This document shows positions 1 to 8,683 of a stretch of DNA of 64,000 bases, piece after piece. The stretch comes from an uncultured Spirochaetaceae bacterium. GTDB lineage: Bacteria; Spirochaetota; Spirochaetia; Sphaerochaetales; Sphaerochaetaceae. Every line of letters begins with the position of its first letter. The first letter of the stretch is position 1. The DNA lies in the NCBI GenBank assembly GCA_964545735.1, contig CAZJGS010000001.1, positions 3,726-67,725 on the forward strand, written 5' to 3'. The notes below the pieces were generated by a model, which did no database searches, had not been told where the DNA came from, and worked only from the letters and a program-made list of their open reading frames with translations. A program made the position numbers and the translations under genes.

Positions 1-1
1 T

Positions 2-355
2 ACAGCAATTAAATATGATGAATTAACTGCGAGTGAATTTGCTTTTGAAGCTTGTTCTTCTATGTGTTTTGATAGAGTTTGTCAAAGTGCAAGCCCTGTA
101 TTAATGGAGCCAATTATGAAAGTAGAAATCGTTGTTCCAAATCAATATGTTGGTGAAGTTATCGGTGGTTTAACTAGTAGAGGCGGAATCGTACATAAAA
201 TTGATTCTAAAATCAATGCGGATCATATTAGTGCTGAATCTCCACTTTCAAAAATGTTTGGGTATTCAACAGCTCTCAGATCTGTAACACAAGGAAGAGG
301 TAATTTCTCAATGGAATTTGATCATTACTCTACTAAAATTGATAAAAAATATTAA
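2..355 (+). CDS. fusA: Elongation factor G family protein, C-terminal fragment (5' end upstream of window)
   Basis: Frame is open from the window edge. PVLMEPIMKVEIVVP..GGLTSRGG..PLSKMFGYSTALRSVTQGRGNFSMEF matches the conserved EF-G domain V/C-terminal signature. Confidence 0.85.
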   Translation, partial: TAIKYDELTASEFAFEACSSMCFDRVCQSASPVLMEPIMKVEIVVPNQYVGEVIGGLTSRGGIVHKIDSKINADHISAESPLSKMFGYSTALRSVTQGRGNFSMEFDHYSTKIDKKY

Positions 356-381
356 TAGCAACACACCAAAGGAACTATATA

Positions 382-705
382 ATGGATGAAAGCCCTATTT
401 TAAAAGCAATTTTTGCCAACAATCTAAGAATAAGACGAAAAAAAGAAGGGTTAACTCAAGCCCAGTTATCTAAAAAGATTAACGTTTCTACTTCGTTTGT
501 TACTGAAATTGAAAATGCAAGAAAAGCTCCATCTTTTTCAACAATTGAAAAAATTTCCCGAGTGTTAAATGCTCCTAGCTGGTCATTTTTTTGTGAATAT
601 GGTGATAAAATTACCATAGATTCTGCTGAAAAAGAAAAACTTTCTTTTGAACTAAAAAATCAATTAGCAAGTACTATTGATATTTTTTTTAAAACAAAGA
701 TATAA
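382..705 (+). CDS. XRE-family helix-turn-helix transcriptional regulator
   Basis: N-terminal LRIRRKKEGLTQAQLSKKINVSTSFVTEIENARKAPSFSTIEKISRVL is a typical HTH_3/Cro-C1 motif. AAAGGAA RBS lies upstream of the ATG. Confidence 0.8.
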   Translation: MDESPILKAIFANNLRIRRKKEGLTQAQLSKKINVSTSFVTEIENARKAPSFSTIEKISRVLNAPSWSFFCEYGDKITIDSAEKEKLSFELKNQLASTIDIFFKTKI

Positions 706-735
706 GTAAAAATTTTTATTAAGTTTTAATTATAA

Positions 736-776
736 AGGGAGCATATTCTGATATTTTTCAGTGCTCCCTATTTTAT
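736..776. terminator. Bidirectional stem-loop between convergent XRE and LacI genes
   Basis: AGGGAGCA (736-743) pairs with TGCTCCCT (762-769). It is followed by a T-rich run and preceded by an A-rich run. Confidence 0.6.
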
Positions 777-788
777 TCCCTTTAAGTG

Positions 789-1859
789 TTAGTTGTTCTT
801 TCTAGGATTAGAAGTGCTTTTTCTCTCTATTAATTTACTTGAATATTCGATTCTAGTAACATTTCTGATTCCCTCATCATGAACTTCGTTGTTTTGCATT
901 CTGCTATAAATAAGGGTAATAGCCCTTCTACCTCGCTCTACAATATAGTTTTCGACAGTAGTGAGACCAATTGCACCAAACTTTGAAGGAAATATATTAT
1001 CAAATCCACAAACACTATAATCCTCAGGAATACTAAAACCACAATCAATAATTGCATCCATAATTCCGTATGCAACCATATCATTAATTGCCACTATAGC
1101 CGTAACCTCAGGATGATCTTTTAAACATTCAATAGCTAATTTATATCCAGTCTCATATTCAATATCAACATTATTAAGTTCTATCAAGGATTCTACATTG
1201 TAAGAACATACAATTAATTCTTCTTGTATATTTTGCAATTTCATCTCTTCTAGCAATCCGTTTCTTCTTCTAACTCTCGCACTGTGATAAGAATTCAAAC
1301 TTGTTGAAATATAGGCAATCTTTTTGTGTCCTAAATTTAATAAATGTCTTGCAACTTTTCTTCCAGCATCAAAATTATTAAGATCAATTGTATCAAATTT
1401 TAAATTATCATTATAATCACCGACTGCAACCATAGGGAAGTTTTTACATAGTTCTAAGGCTAGTTTTTCCATTTGAGGTATCATAGCAAATACTATTGCT
1501 GCTATTTGAGAATGTTGAGCATAGCTGAATATATCTTCTTCAACACTCATATCCCAATAGGTATTTCTTATAATGGTTCTAAGACCTAATTTGAAGGCTT
1601 GCATTTCCATACCCTGAATCAAAGTTGCATAATAGGGATTATAAACAGAAGGACAGATAATTATGATGGTATCGCTATAGCGAGTATCTTTTTGTTTTCT
1701 AGTTTTATATTCAAGCTCTTTTGTAATTTGAGTAACTCTATCTATTGTATCTCTGGAAAAACGTGAAAGTTTTTTCCCTGAAATAATCATAGAAACACTA
1801 GCTGTTGATAATTCAGCTTTATCTGCAATATCTTGTAATGTTACTTTCTTTTTCCTCAT
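789..1859 (-). CDS. LacI-family transcriptional regulator
   Basis: N-terminal VTLQDIADKAELSTASVSMIISGK HTH, followed by a periplasmic-binding-protein-like sugar-binding fold. Start trimmed to the ATG at 1859, which has GGAG 6 nt upstream; the 1871 ORF-track start is TTG. Confidence 0.85.
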   Translation of the reverse strand: MRKKKVTLQDIADKAELSTASVSMIISGKKLSRFSRDTIDRVTQITKELEYKTRKQKDTRYSDTIIIICPSVYNPYYATLIQGMEMQAFKLGLRTIIRNTYWDMSVEEDIFSYAQHSQIAAIVFAMIPQMEKLALELCKNFPMVAVGDYNDNLKFDTIDLNNFDAGRKVARHLLNLGHKKIAYISTSLNSYHSARVRRRNGLLEEMKLQNIQEELIVCSYNVESLIELNNVDIEYETGYKLAIECLKDHPEVTAIVAINDMVAYGIMDAIIDCGFSIPEDYSVCGFDNIFPSKFGAIGLTTVENYIVERGRRAITLIYSRMQNNEVHDEGIRNVTRIEYSSKLIERKSTSNPRKNN

Positions 1860-2024
1860 TAAGTACTCCAAAAGACTTTTTTACAGTTTAACAAAAATTG
1901 ATAAAAAAGCAATACTTAACTAAACTTAAACATAAAATTAACTTACTTTTACTCAATATCACCCAAATTGATATATAAAAAAATATTTTCACTAAAATTT
2001 ACTTGATAATTAGATAAAAATTCA

Positions 2025-2053
2025 TTGCAAGATTGAATTGTGTAGCTTATAAT
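2025..2053 (+). promoter_or_regulatory. Sigma70-type promoter for the ABC sugar-uptake operon
   Basis: TTGCAA (2025-2030), 17-nt spacer, TATAAT (2048-2053), counted directly. Confidence 0.6.
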
Positions 2054-2105
2054 AATTCTAAAGAGGTTAATATTTTTTAAAAAATATTTAAATTATTAAC
2101 TAATA

Positions 2106-2121
2106 TCAGGAGCGATCCTGA
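2106..2121. promoter_or_regulatory. Candidate LacI-family operator (inverted repeat)
   Basis: TCAGGA-GCGA-TCCTGA has perfect 6-bp arms with a CG-containing centre. It sits between the promoter and the RBS of the SBP gene, next to the divergent LacI gene. Confidence 0.4.
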
Positions 2122-2149
2122 ATATTTATTTCACAAAAAGGAGAGTGTG

Positions 2150-3499
2150 ATGAAAAAAATTTTAGTTTTATTACTATCTATTATGATAAGCATGACTTGC
2201 TTATTTGCAAATGGACAAAGTGAAATCACAATGAAGAAGGCTTTAGATGATAAAGCACCCGTTACCATTCAATTTTGGCATGCTATGTCTGGATCTCGTA
2301 TTGAGTTAATTCAAGGTATTGTTGATAACTTTATGGCAGAAAATCCAAATATTACTGTTGAAGTACAATATGCTGGGAGTTATAACGATACTTTAAATAA
2401 GGTAAAATCAGCTTATAAAGCTGGAAATGCACCTGCAGTATTCCATAGTTATGAAATTGGTACTTTGGGTATGATTAATAGTGGTTTAATTTCACCAATT
2501 GATGAATTAGCTATTAAATATGGAGAGGAAATAGATTGGGATAATTTCTTTGTACCAGTACAGAGTTATTATAAATATCAAGGACAACATTATTCAATGC
2601 CTTTTAATTCTTCAACTCCTTTACTGTTTTATAATAAGACATTATTCGAAAAAGCTGGATTAGATGCAAATAATCCTCCTGAAACATATGCTGAAGTTGT
2701 AGCTGCCGCAAAAGCCCTAAAAGCTAGCGGAATTGATACACCTGTAACTTGGAATCTACATGGATGGTATTTTGAAGAAATGATTGCTTTACAAGATGCG
2801 CCTTTTGCAAATAACGACAATGGTCGTGGAAAAGAATTACCAACAGAAGTATTGTTTAATGGCCCAGCCGGAAAGAAAGTATTAGATTGGTGGGTTGGAA
2901 TGTATAATGATGGCTTATTTAATGATGTTGGTCCTGGTTGGGATAATCATAGAGCTGCATTTAGTTCAGGCACAGCCGCAATTGCTCTATCATCATCTTC
3001 TGACGTTAACCTATTTACAAAAGCCTTAAATGATAAGGGTTGGGAATTAGGAACAGGATTTATTCCTCATCCAGAAGGCTCTACAGGTGGAGTAGCTATT
3101 GGTGGTGGTACACTTTGGATTACTAATAATTTAACACAAGAACAAGAATTAGCTGCTGTAAAACTCGAGAAATTCATTGCAAATGACGATTCTCAAAAAG
3201 CATGGCATAAAGGCACAGGTTATTTCCCTGTAACAAAATCTGCTATGGACTCATTAGAAAATGAAGGTTGGTTTGTTGAAAATCCTAATTACAAAACTGC
3301 TTTTGATCAATTACTCGTTAGTCCTGGTACTCTTAATTCTTCAGGTTCTCTTCTTGGTGTATTCCCAGAAACAAGAGCTATTATTCAATCTGCTATTCAA
3401 GAATGTTATCAAGGAAAAGATACTCAAGTTGCCCTTGATGAAGCTGCTAAAAAAGTAAATGATTTAATTACAGAATGGAATGAAGTTATTCAATTATAA
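2150..3499 (+). CDS. ABC transporter substrate-binding lipoprotein (sugar/glycerol-3-phosphate UgpB-like family)
   Basis: Signal peptide with lipobox-like ISMTC. Family-1 extracellular solute-binding fold (QFWHAMSG.., YNKTLFEKAGL). Start set to the ATG at 2150, which has GGAG 6 nt upstream. Confidence 0.85.
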   Translation: MKKILVLLLSIMISMTCLFANGQSEITMKKALDDKAPVTIQFWHAMSGSRIELIQGIVDNFMAENPNITVEVQYAGSYNDTLNKVKSAYKAGNAPAVFHSYEIGTLGMINSGLISPIDELAIKYGEEIDWDNFFVPVQSYYKYQGQHYSMPFNSSTPLLFYNKTLFEKAGLDANNPPETYAEVVAAAKALKASGIDTPVTWNLHGWYFEEMIALQDAPFANNDNGRGKELPTEVLFNGPAGKKVLDWWVGMYNDGLFNDVGPGWDNHRAAFSSGTAAIALSSSSDVNLFTKALNDKGWELGTGFIPHPEGSTGGVAIGGGTLWITNNLTQEQELAAVKLEKFIANDDSQKAWHKGTGYFPVTKSAMDSLENEGWFVENPNYKTAFDQLLVSPGTLNSSGSLLGVFPETRAIIQSAIQECYQGKDTQVALDEAAKKVNDLITEWNEVIQL

Positions 3500-3519
3500 A
3501 ATTCAATAATTTTCACATT

Positions 3520-3543
3520 ACAGGGGCTTTAATAGGCCCCTGT
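3520..3543 (+). promoter_or_regulatory. Intercistronic GC-rich stem-loop after the SBP gene
   Basis: ACAGGGGC (3520-3527) pairs with GCCCCTGT (3536-3543). Such hairpins commonly follow SBP genes and act as partial terminators or mRNA stabilisers. Confidence 0.5.
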
Positions 3544-3579
3544 ATATTCTATAAAAATTACTCTTAAAGGGAGGTAAGG

Positions 3580-4449
3580 ATGAAACAGTCAGTTTTTCCT
3601 TCAAAATTTCTACCTTATCTGTTATTGTTGCCTACGTTTTTAGTTTTGACTACATTTCTTTTTTATCCAGCTTTTGAAACTTTTAGATTATCTTTCTATA
3701 AAGTTAATCCCTATACAGGTGCTAATAAATTTGCTGGTCTTTATAATTTTAAGAAACTATTTCAAAATGCTGATTATGGACATAGTTTTGTTATTTCAAT
3801 CATCTTTTGTCTTTTAGTTGTTGTATTGGGCCTTATTCTTTCTTTAGCTCTTGCTCTTTTATTAAATCAAAATATCAAAGGAGCAAAAGTATATAGAACT
3901 TTAATGATCTGGCCTTATGCCTTATCACCTGCAATCGCTGGTGCTCTTTTTAATTTTCTATTTAATCCTGCAAATGGAATTGTCTGTTTTTTCACAGGAC
4001 ACTATGATTGGATGACCCAAGGGTTTTCCGCTTTCATTGTTGTAGCCCTTGCGGCCACCTGGAAAAATATGGGCTATAATATAGTATTTTATCTGACGGC
4101 TTTGCGTAATGTACCTGCTGATTCTCTTGAGGCTGCTGCTATTGATGGAGCTGGACCTTTTAAAAGGTTTTCAAAGATTACTTTTGCTTTTATTTCCCCA
4201 ACTACGTTTTTCCTACTAGTTATGAATACCACCTATTCATATTTTGCTTCCTTCGGATTAATTGATGTATTAACAGAAGGTGGACCAGTAGATTCTACAA
4301 ATATTCTTATTTACCAACTTTATAAAGATTTCTTTGTAAATTCAAGAATTGGTTATGCTGCTGCAGAAAGCTTGGTATTATTCTGCATTGTTGTACTTTT
4401 AACAGTTGTTCAATTTAAAACAACTGGCAAAAAAGTACATTATCAATAA
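3580..4449 (+). CDS. ABC sugar transporter permease (UgpA/MalF-like)
   Basis: Multi-TM protein with EAA-loop region LEAAAIDGAGPFKRFSKITF. GGGAGG RBS. Confidence 0.88.
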   Translation: MKQSVFPSKFLPYLLLLPTFLVLTTFLFYPAFETFRLSFYKVNPYTGANKFAGLYNFKKLFQNADYGHSFVISIIFCLLVVVLGLILSLALALLLNQNIKGAKVYRTLMIWPYALSPAIAGALFNFLFNPANGIVCFFTGHYDWMTQGFSAFIVVALAATWKNMGYNIVFYLTALRNVPADSLEAAAIDGAGPFKRFSKITFAFISPTTFFLLVMNTTYSYFASFGLIDVLTEGGPVDSTNILIYQLYKDFFVNSRIGYAAAESLVLFCIVVLLTVVQFKTTGKKVHYQ

Positions 4450-4459
4450 GGGGAAAACA

Positions 4460-5284
4460 ATGATTAGAAAAAAAAGAACTACAGCATTGTACCATGTACT
4501 TGCAATTCTATCTGTTTGTATTATTTGTCTTCCTGTATTTTTAGCATTAGTAATTAGCTCTCAGACTGAGATTGAAGTATTTTCAAATCCTCCTAAATTG
4601 ACTTTTTCAAATAACTGGATATCGAATTACACTACAGCTTGGAATAGAATTAATTTAGGAAGAATGATGTTTAACTCTGCTTTTATCGCAATAATGGTAA
4701 CAGCTGGAAAAGTAACAATGAGTTTATTAGCTGCATTTGCTTTTAGTAATTTTAAATTTAAAGGAAAAGATTTTTTATTTTTTGTAATAATTGTAACATT
4801 ATTACTCCCTGTTCCTGTTAGAATTGTAGCACTGTTTGATGTAGTTAGAGGTTTCAACTGGATTAACACTTATGCTGGTTTAATAGTTCCTTTCTGGGCT
4901 AGTGCAACAGGTACTTTCTTGTTTATTCAAAGATTTAAGACTATTCCTTCTGAATTAGTAGATGCTTCTAAAATGGATGGATGTAGACCTATGCAATATT
5001 TTTTTAGAATTCTTCTTCCACTTACTAAAAATACAATTGGAGCTCTGGTTGTAATTGAATTTATTTATATTTGGAATCAATATTTATGGCCATTAATGGC
5101 AACAAATACTGATAACATGAGAGTTGTTCAAATTGGTATTAAAATGCTAATGAATGCCGAGTCCTCAAATAACTGGGGAGTAATAATGGCTGGTGTAATA
5201 ATGACAATTATTCCTCCTTTATTAATATTCTTTATTCTTCAAGAAAGCTTCATGAAAGGTTTTGCCCTTCAAAGTGATAAGTAA
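4460..5284 (+). CDS. ABC sugar transporter permease (UgpE/MalG-like)
   Basis: Multi-TM protein with EAA-like loop LVDASKMDGCRPMQYFFRILLP. Start trimmed to the ATG at 4460 (MIRKKR), which follows GGGGAAAA. Confidence 0.85.
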   Translation: MIRKKRTTALYHVLAILSVCIICLPVFLALVISSQTEIEVFSNPPKLTFSNNWISNYTTAWNRINLGRMMFNSAFIAIMVTAGKVTMSLLAAFAFSNFKFKGKDFLFFVIIVTLLLPVPVRIVALFDVVRGFNWINTYAGLIVPFWASATGTFLFIQRFKTIPSELVDASKMDGCRPMQYFFRILLPLTKNTIGALVVIEFIYIWNQYLWPLMATNTDNMRVVQIGIKMLMNAESSNNWGVIMAGVIMTIIPPLLIFFILQESFMKGFALQSDK

Positions 5285-5306
5285 ATTTTTTTGTGATATT
5301 TCAACT

Positions 5307-5343
5307 TTATTCGAGAAATTGTTAATTAATTTTTCTCGAATAA
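5307..5343 (+). terminator. Stem-loop downstream of the ABC operon
   Basis: TTATTCGAGAAA (5307-5318) pairs with TTTCTCGAATAA (5332-5343), a 12-bp stem. The trailing T-run is weak. Confidence 0.45.
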
Positions 5344-5410
5344 TTGTATATATTTTACAAAAAAATAACTCCTCATTGAAGAAAATCATTAAAATTTTCA
5401 AATAAAATAT

Positions 5411-5454
5411 AAACCTACATTTATTAACTAAAAATTAATAAACGTAGGTTTTTT
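5411..5454 (+). terminator. Rho-independent terminator-like hairpin
   Basis: AAACCTAC...GTAGGTTT extends to about 15 bp with one mismatch and is followed by TTTT. Confidence 0.55.
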
Positions 5455-5619
5455 AATTATCACCTGTCAATGTAATTAAAAAAAAATCACTTATTTTATT
5501 ACTTCAAGCTATAGTGCTCTATAGGCCAATAAATGAATAAATAATTTGACATATACCCATTGGAGGCTTAACATGTACTAAATACGCAAATAGCTTTTAA
5601 CAAAGCAGAGGGAGGATTT

Positions 5620-7692
5620 ATGAGCATTACCAGTACTGACTTACGTAATGTCGCAATTGTGGGACACAATGGTACCGGGAAAACCTCGTTGATGGAGCAA
5701 CTGCTCTTTAAAGGCGGGGTTATTCCAAAAGCTGAAACCATTGAAAATGGGAAAACAGTTAGCGATTACACAGAAGAAGAAATAAAAAAACTTGTTTCTA
5801 TTCACACCAGTCTTGCACACCTAAATTGGGAAGGCAAGTGCATAAATATCCTAGATACTCCTGGTTATTCAGGATTTATAGGTGAAGCAATATGTGGCTT
5901 TAGAGCTACAGAAGCATCAATAATGATGGTAGACGCTAAAGATGGTGCTCAAATAGAAACCATTAAACTTTGGCGCCGCTTAGACAATCGCAATAAACCT
6001 CGTGCCGTATTTATAAATAAAATGGACAGAGATAGAGCGAGTTATACTAATGTAATAAATGATTTAAGAGAACATTTCGATGCAACTTTTGTTCCAACCT
6101 TTATTCCTATGGGTCAAGGTGAAGATTTTAAAGGCATCATAAATTTAATAGAAGATAAAGCTTATTTCTTTGATGAAAATGGAAAAGAAACAATCGCTCC
6201 TTGTCCTGAAGAATATAAGGAATATGAAGAACGTTATAGAGAACAATTAATTGAATACGCTGCTGAAGGCGCAGACGATTTAATTGAAAAATATTTTGAA
6301 GACGGTACATTAGGTGCTGATGATATTAGAAGAGGATTAAGAGAAGGTCTCTCTGATAATCGTGTAGTTCCAGTCTTTTGTGGATCAACATTAAATGGAA
6401 GTGGTATTATTTCTTTGCTAAATTTCATAGCTCATAATTTCCCTTCTCCTTTAGGACAAGTGGAATGGACTACAACTGAAGATGGTGAGCATCATGATAT
6501 GATAATAACCGAAGAAGGAGATGCTTCCGCTTATGTATTTAAGACATCAATTGATCAATTTAGTGGAAAACTTAGTTTCATAAAAGTCGCATCAGGTCAT
6601 TTGACAACTGATATGGAAATGTATAATCCAGAATTAAAGAAAAAAGAAAAAATTGGAAAATTATACAGAACTGTTGGAAAAAAACTTGTAGAAACAGATA
6701 GTTTAACAGCTGGTGGAATTGGTATTATTGCAAAAAGCAGCATAGCATTCACAAATTGCACACTACTACAAAACCCCCATAAACAAAAATTTACATTTAA
6801 ACCTCTCGCCCTTCCCAATCCTATTTATTCACTAGCAATAGACACAGAAGACAAGAAGAGTGCTGATAAGCTTAATGTATCACTCCATAAAATTTGTGAA
6901 GAAGATTTAACTTTTCAAACAAAATTTAATGAAGAAACTAAAGAATCTGTAATAATGGGAATGGGTGATGTTCATCTCCAAATTATTTTAGATAAAATAG
7001 CTGACAAACAAAAAATTATAGTTCATACAAAATTACCTAGAATAGCTTACAGAGAAACAATATCAAAGAAAAGTGGTATAGTTGAATATGCTCACAAGAA
7101 ACAAAGTGGTGGACACGGACAGTACGGTAAAGTCTTTATTGAAGTCGCTCCAATAGAGCGTGGTCTACATTATTCTTTCACCAATGCGGTAAAAGGCGGA
7201 TCTGTTTCAAAAGGATATGTTCCTGGTATTGAAAAAGGACTACATGAAAGAATGCTAGAAGGCTTTTTAACTAATTATCCTATAGTAGATATTGGAGTTA
7301 CTTTGGTTGATGGTAAGGAGCATCCTGTTGATTCTTCAGAAATGGCTTTTAAATTAGCTGCAAAAGGAGCACTAGATGCAGCCTTTTCAAAGGCTGGTTG
7401 TTCACTTCTTGAACCATTTATGAATGTAAAAGTTTTTGTTGAAAATCATTATCTTGGTGATATATTATCCGATCTTTCTGGTAAACGTGGTAGAGTTACA
7501 GGTCAAAATGAATTTGGGCAATTACAAGAAGTAACTGCACAAGTACCTCAAGGTGAAATGTTAAACTATGCAATTGATTTAAAAAGTATGACTTCAGGTA
7601 CAGGAAGTTTTGAAATTGAATTTTCTCACTATGAACCTTTAACTGGAAGAAATGCTGAATTAGTTATTGCGGACTGTCAGGAAGAAAAATAA
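5620..7692 (+). CDS. Divergent EF-G paralogue (EF-G2-like translational GTPase family)
   Basis: Full five-domain EF-G architecture: G1 GHNGTGKTS, G4 NKMD, and C-terminal LEPFMNVKVFV..GDILSDLSGKRG..MLNYAIDLKSMTSGTGSFEIEF. The G3 motif is DTPGYSGF rather than DTPGH. GGGAGG RBS. Confidence 0.85.
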   Translation: MSITSTDLRNVAIVGHNGTGKTSLMEQLLFKGGVIPKAETIENGKTVSDYTEEEIKKLVSIHTSLAHLNWEGKCINILDTPGYSGFIGEAICGFRATEASIMMVDAKDGAQIETIKLWRRLDNRNKPRAVFINKMDRDRASYTNVINDLREHFDATFVPTFIPMGQGEDFKGIINLIEDKAYFFDENGKETIAPCPEEYKEYEERYREQLIEYAAEGADDLIEKYFEDGTLGADDIRRGLREGLSDNRVVPVFCGSTLNGSGIISLLNFIAHNFPSPLGQVEWTTTEDGEHHDMIITEEGDASAYVFKTSIDQFSGKLSFIKVASGHLTTDMEMYNPELKKKEKIGKLYRTVGKKLVETDSLTAGGIGIIAKSSIAFTNCTLLQNPHKQKFTFKPLALPNPIYSLAIDTEDKKSADKLNVSLHKICEEDLTFQTKFNEETKESVIMGMGDVHLQIILDKIADKQKIIVHTKLPRIAYRETISKKSGIVEYAHKKQSGGHGQYGKVFIEVAPIERGLHYSFTNAVKGGSVSKGYVPGIEKGLHERMLEGFLTNYPIVDIGVTLVDGKEHPVDSSEMAFKLAAKGALDAAFSKAGCSLLEPFMNVKVFVENHYLGDILSDLSGKRGRVTGQNEFGQLQEVTAQVPQGEMLNYAIDLKSMTSGTGSFEIEFSHYEPLTGRNAELVIADCQEEK

Positions 7693-7714
7693 ATTATTTT
7701 GGAGATCTAATTTT

Positions 7715-7752
7715 GGACTATTACTGAATTGTTGGTAATAGTCCATTTTTTT
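7715..7752 (+). terminator. Rho-independent terminator after the EF-G paralogue
   Basis: GGACTATTAC (7715-7724) pairs with GTAATAGTCC (7735-7744), followed by a T7 run. Confidence 0.8.
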
Positions 7753-7957
7753 AATAAAATATTTTTTTTATATATCATTTTTCTTGACTAGGGAGTTGAC
7801 AATATTTCAACCTACTTGTAGCATATTAAAGCATATTAATGTTTTATTTCGAAGAATCCAATTACGTCTTTTCTAAAAAATAACTGATAGAAAACAAAGT
7901 TAGTTGATTACAAGGCAATATTGCTTAATAGCAAAAAAAATTTATAAGGACGTATTT

Positions 7958-8239
7958 ATGTCAAAAAAACTTTATGTAGGTAACTTAAACTACAACACAA
8001 CAGAAAATGATTTAATGGAATTATTTGGCCAATTTGGAACTGTAAACAGTGCCAACATCATCTTAGACAGAGAAACAAACAGATCTAAAGGATTTGCATT
8101 TGTTGAACTAGAAAGTGAAGAATCAGCTGATGCTGCTATTTCACAACTTAACGGTCAAGATTTCTTAAACAGAAACTTACGTGTTAACGAAGCTATTTCA
8201 AAACCTCGTAACAACAATCGTGGTGGTTATAGAAGATAA
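7958..8239 (+). CDS. RRM-domain RNA-binding protein
   Basis: RNP-2 LYVGNL and RNP-1 KGFAFVEL motifs with an RGG-like tail. Start trimmed to MSKKLYVGNL (ATG at 7958). Confidence 0.9.
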   Translation: MSKKLYVGNLNYNTTENDLMELFGQFGTVNSANIILDRETNRSKGFAFVELESEESADAAISQLNGQDFLNRNLRVNEAISKPRNNNRGGYRR

Positions 8240-8343
8240 TTTTAAATTATCTTTGTAACTTTTCTTTTTATTTTACAAGTAATCTTTAAAGTCTTGTTTT
8301 AATTAAATAAAACTATTACCTTTTATTTATAGGAGATAATAAA

Positions 8344-8643
8344 ATGGATTTTAAATTAGATACAAATAGAATATATTATAAAAATGATGAAAAGGAATTA
8401 GCATACATCGAATTAGCTTATACACCTGATGGTTTGGTTGTTTTTGAAAAAGTATTTGTTGATCCTCTTTTAAGAGGGCAAGGAATAGCTTCAAAGATAA
8501 TGAACTTCGCTGCTGATTACTTTTTAAAAGAAAATATTACTGTTGTACCCATGTGCTCATATGCCAATACTTGGTATATGAGGCATGAAAATTATTCTAA
8601 AGGTGCAAAAATGCCCGATGATGGGCCTAGATGTAAACTTTAA
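8344..8643 (+). CDS. Small GNAT-family N-acetyltransferase (YjdJ-like)
   Basis: About 99 aa with VDPLLRGQGIASKIM (acetyl-CoA-binding Q/RxxGxG/A motif) and a ..CSYA.. C-terminal part typical of the single-domain GNAT_acetyltran family. Confidence 0.7.
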   Translation: MDFKLDTNRIYYKNDEKELAYIELAYTPDGLVVFEKVFVDPLLRGQGIASKIMNFAADYFLKENITVVPMCSYANTWYMRHENYSKGAKMPDDGPRCKL

Positions 8644-8652
8644 AAGAATAAG

Positions 8653-8683
8653 CGGATTGATAGTTATTTCAATCCGTTTTTTT
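8653..8683. terminator. Bidirectional terminator between the GNAT gene and trmB
   Basis: CGGATTGA (8653-8660) pairs with TCAATCCG (8669-8676), followed by a T7 run. Confidence 0.7.

Noticed and set aside
382-705. Toxin-antitoxin module around the XRE regulator
   Set aside because: No small partner ORF lies adjacent on either side. The gene is flanked by the EF-G 3' end and a terminator.
2069-2088. Perfect 20-bp palindrome AATATTTTTTAAAAAATATT just downstream of the ABC-operon promoter
   Set aside because: It is composed only of A/T homopolymer runs, and such symmetry arises easily by chance in roughly 30% GC intergenic DNA. I kept it only as a secondary candidate to test alongside the GC-containing repeat at 2106-2121.
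2629-2820. Short ORFs lying inside and mostly antisense to long, well-supported genes. Examples: 2629-2820, 3261-3458 (same strand, alternate frame), 4627-4869, 6234-6428, 6597-6818, 9547-9792, 10916-11234, 12868-13221, 17248-17493, 20811-21014, 21505-21726, 22378-22620, 22885-23256, 29309-29494, 30141-30353, 32030-32744, 33114-33323, 33731-33949, 35316-35868, 41916-42107, 42610-42807, 43838-44068, 44591-44776, 48507-48953, 51949-52179, 55675-55866, 56541-57048, 57970-58170 and 61233-61496.
   Set aside because: All lie within strongly supported genes, mostly on the opposite strand. Their composition is low-complexity or hydrophobic, as expected for shadow frames in AT-rich DNA. They have no SD and no recognisable motifs.
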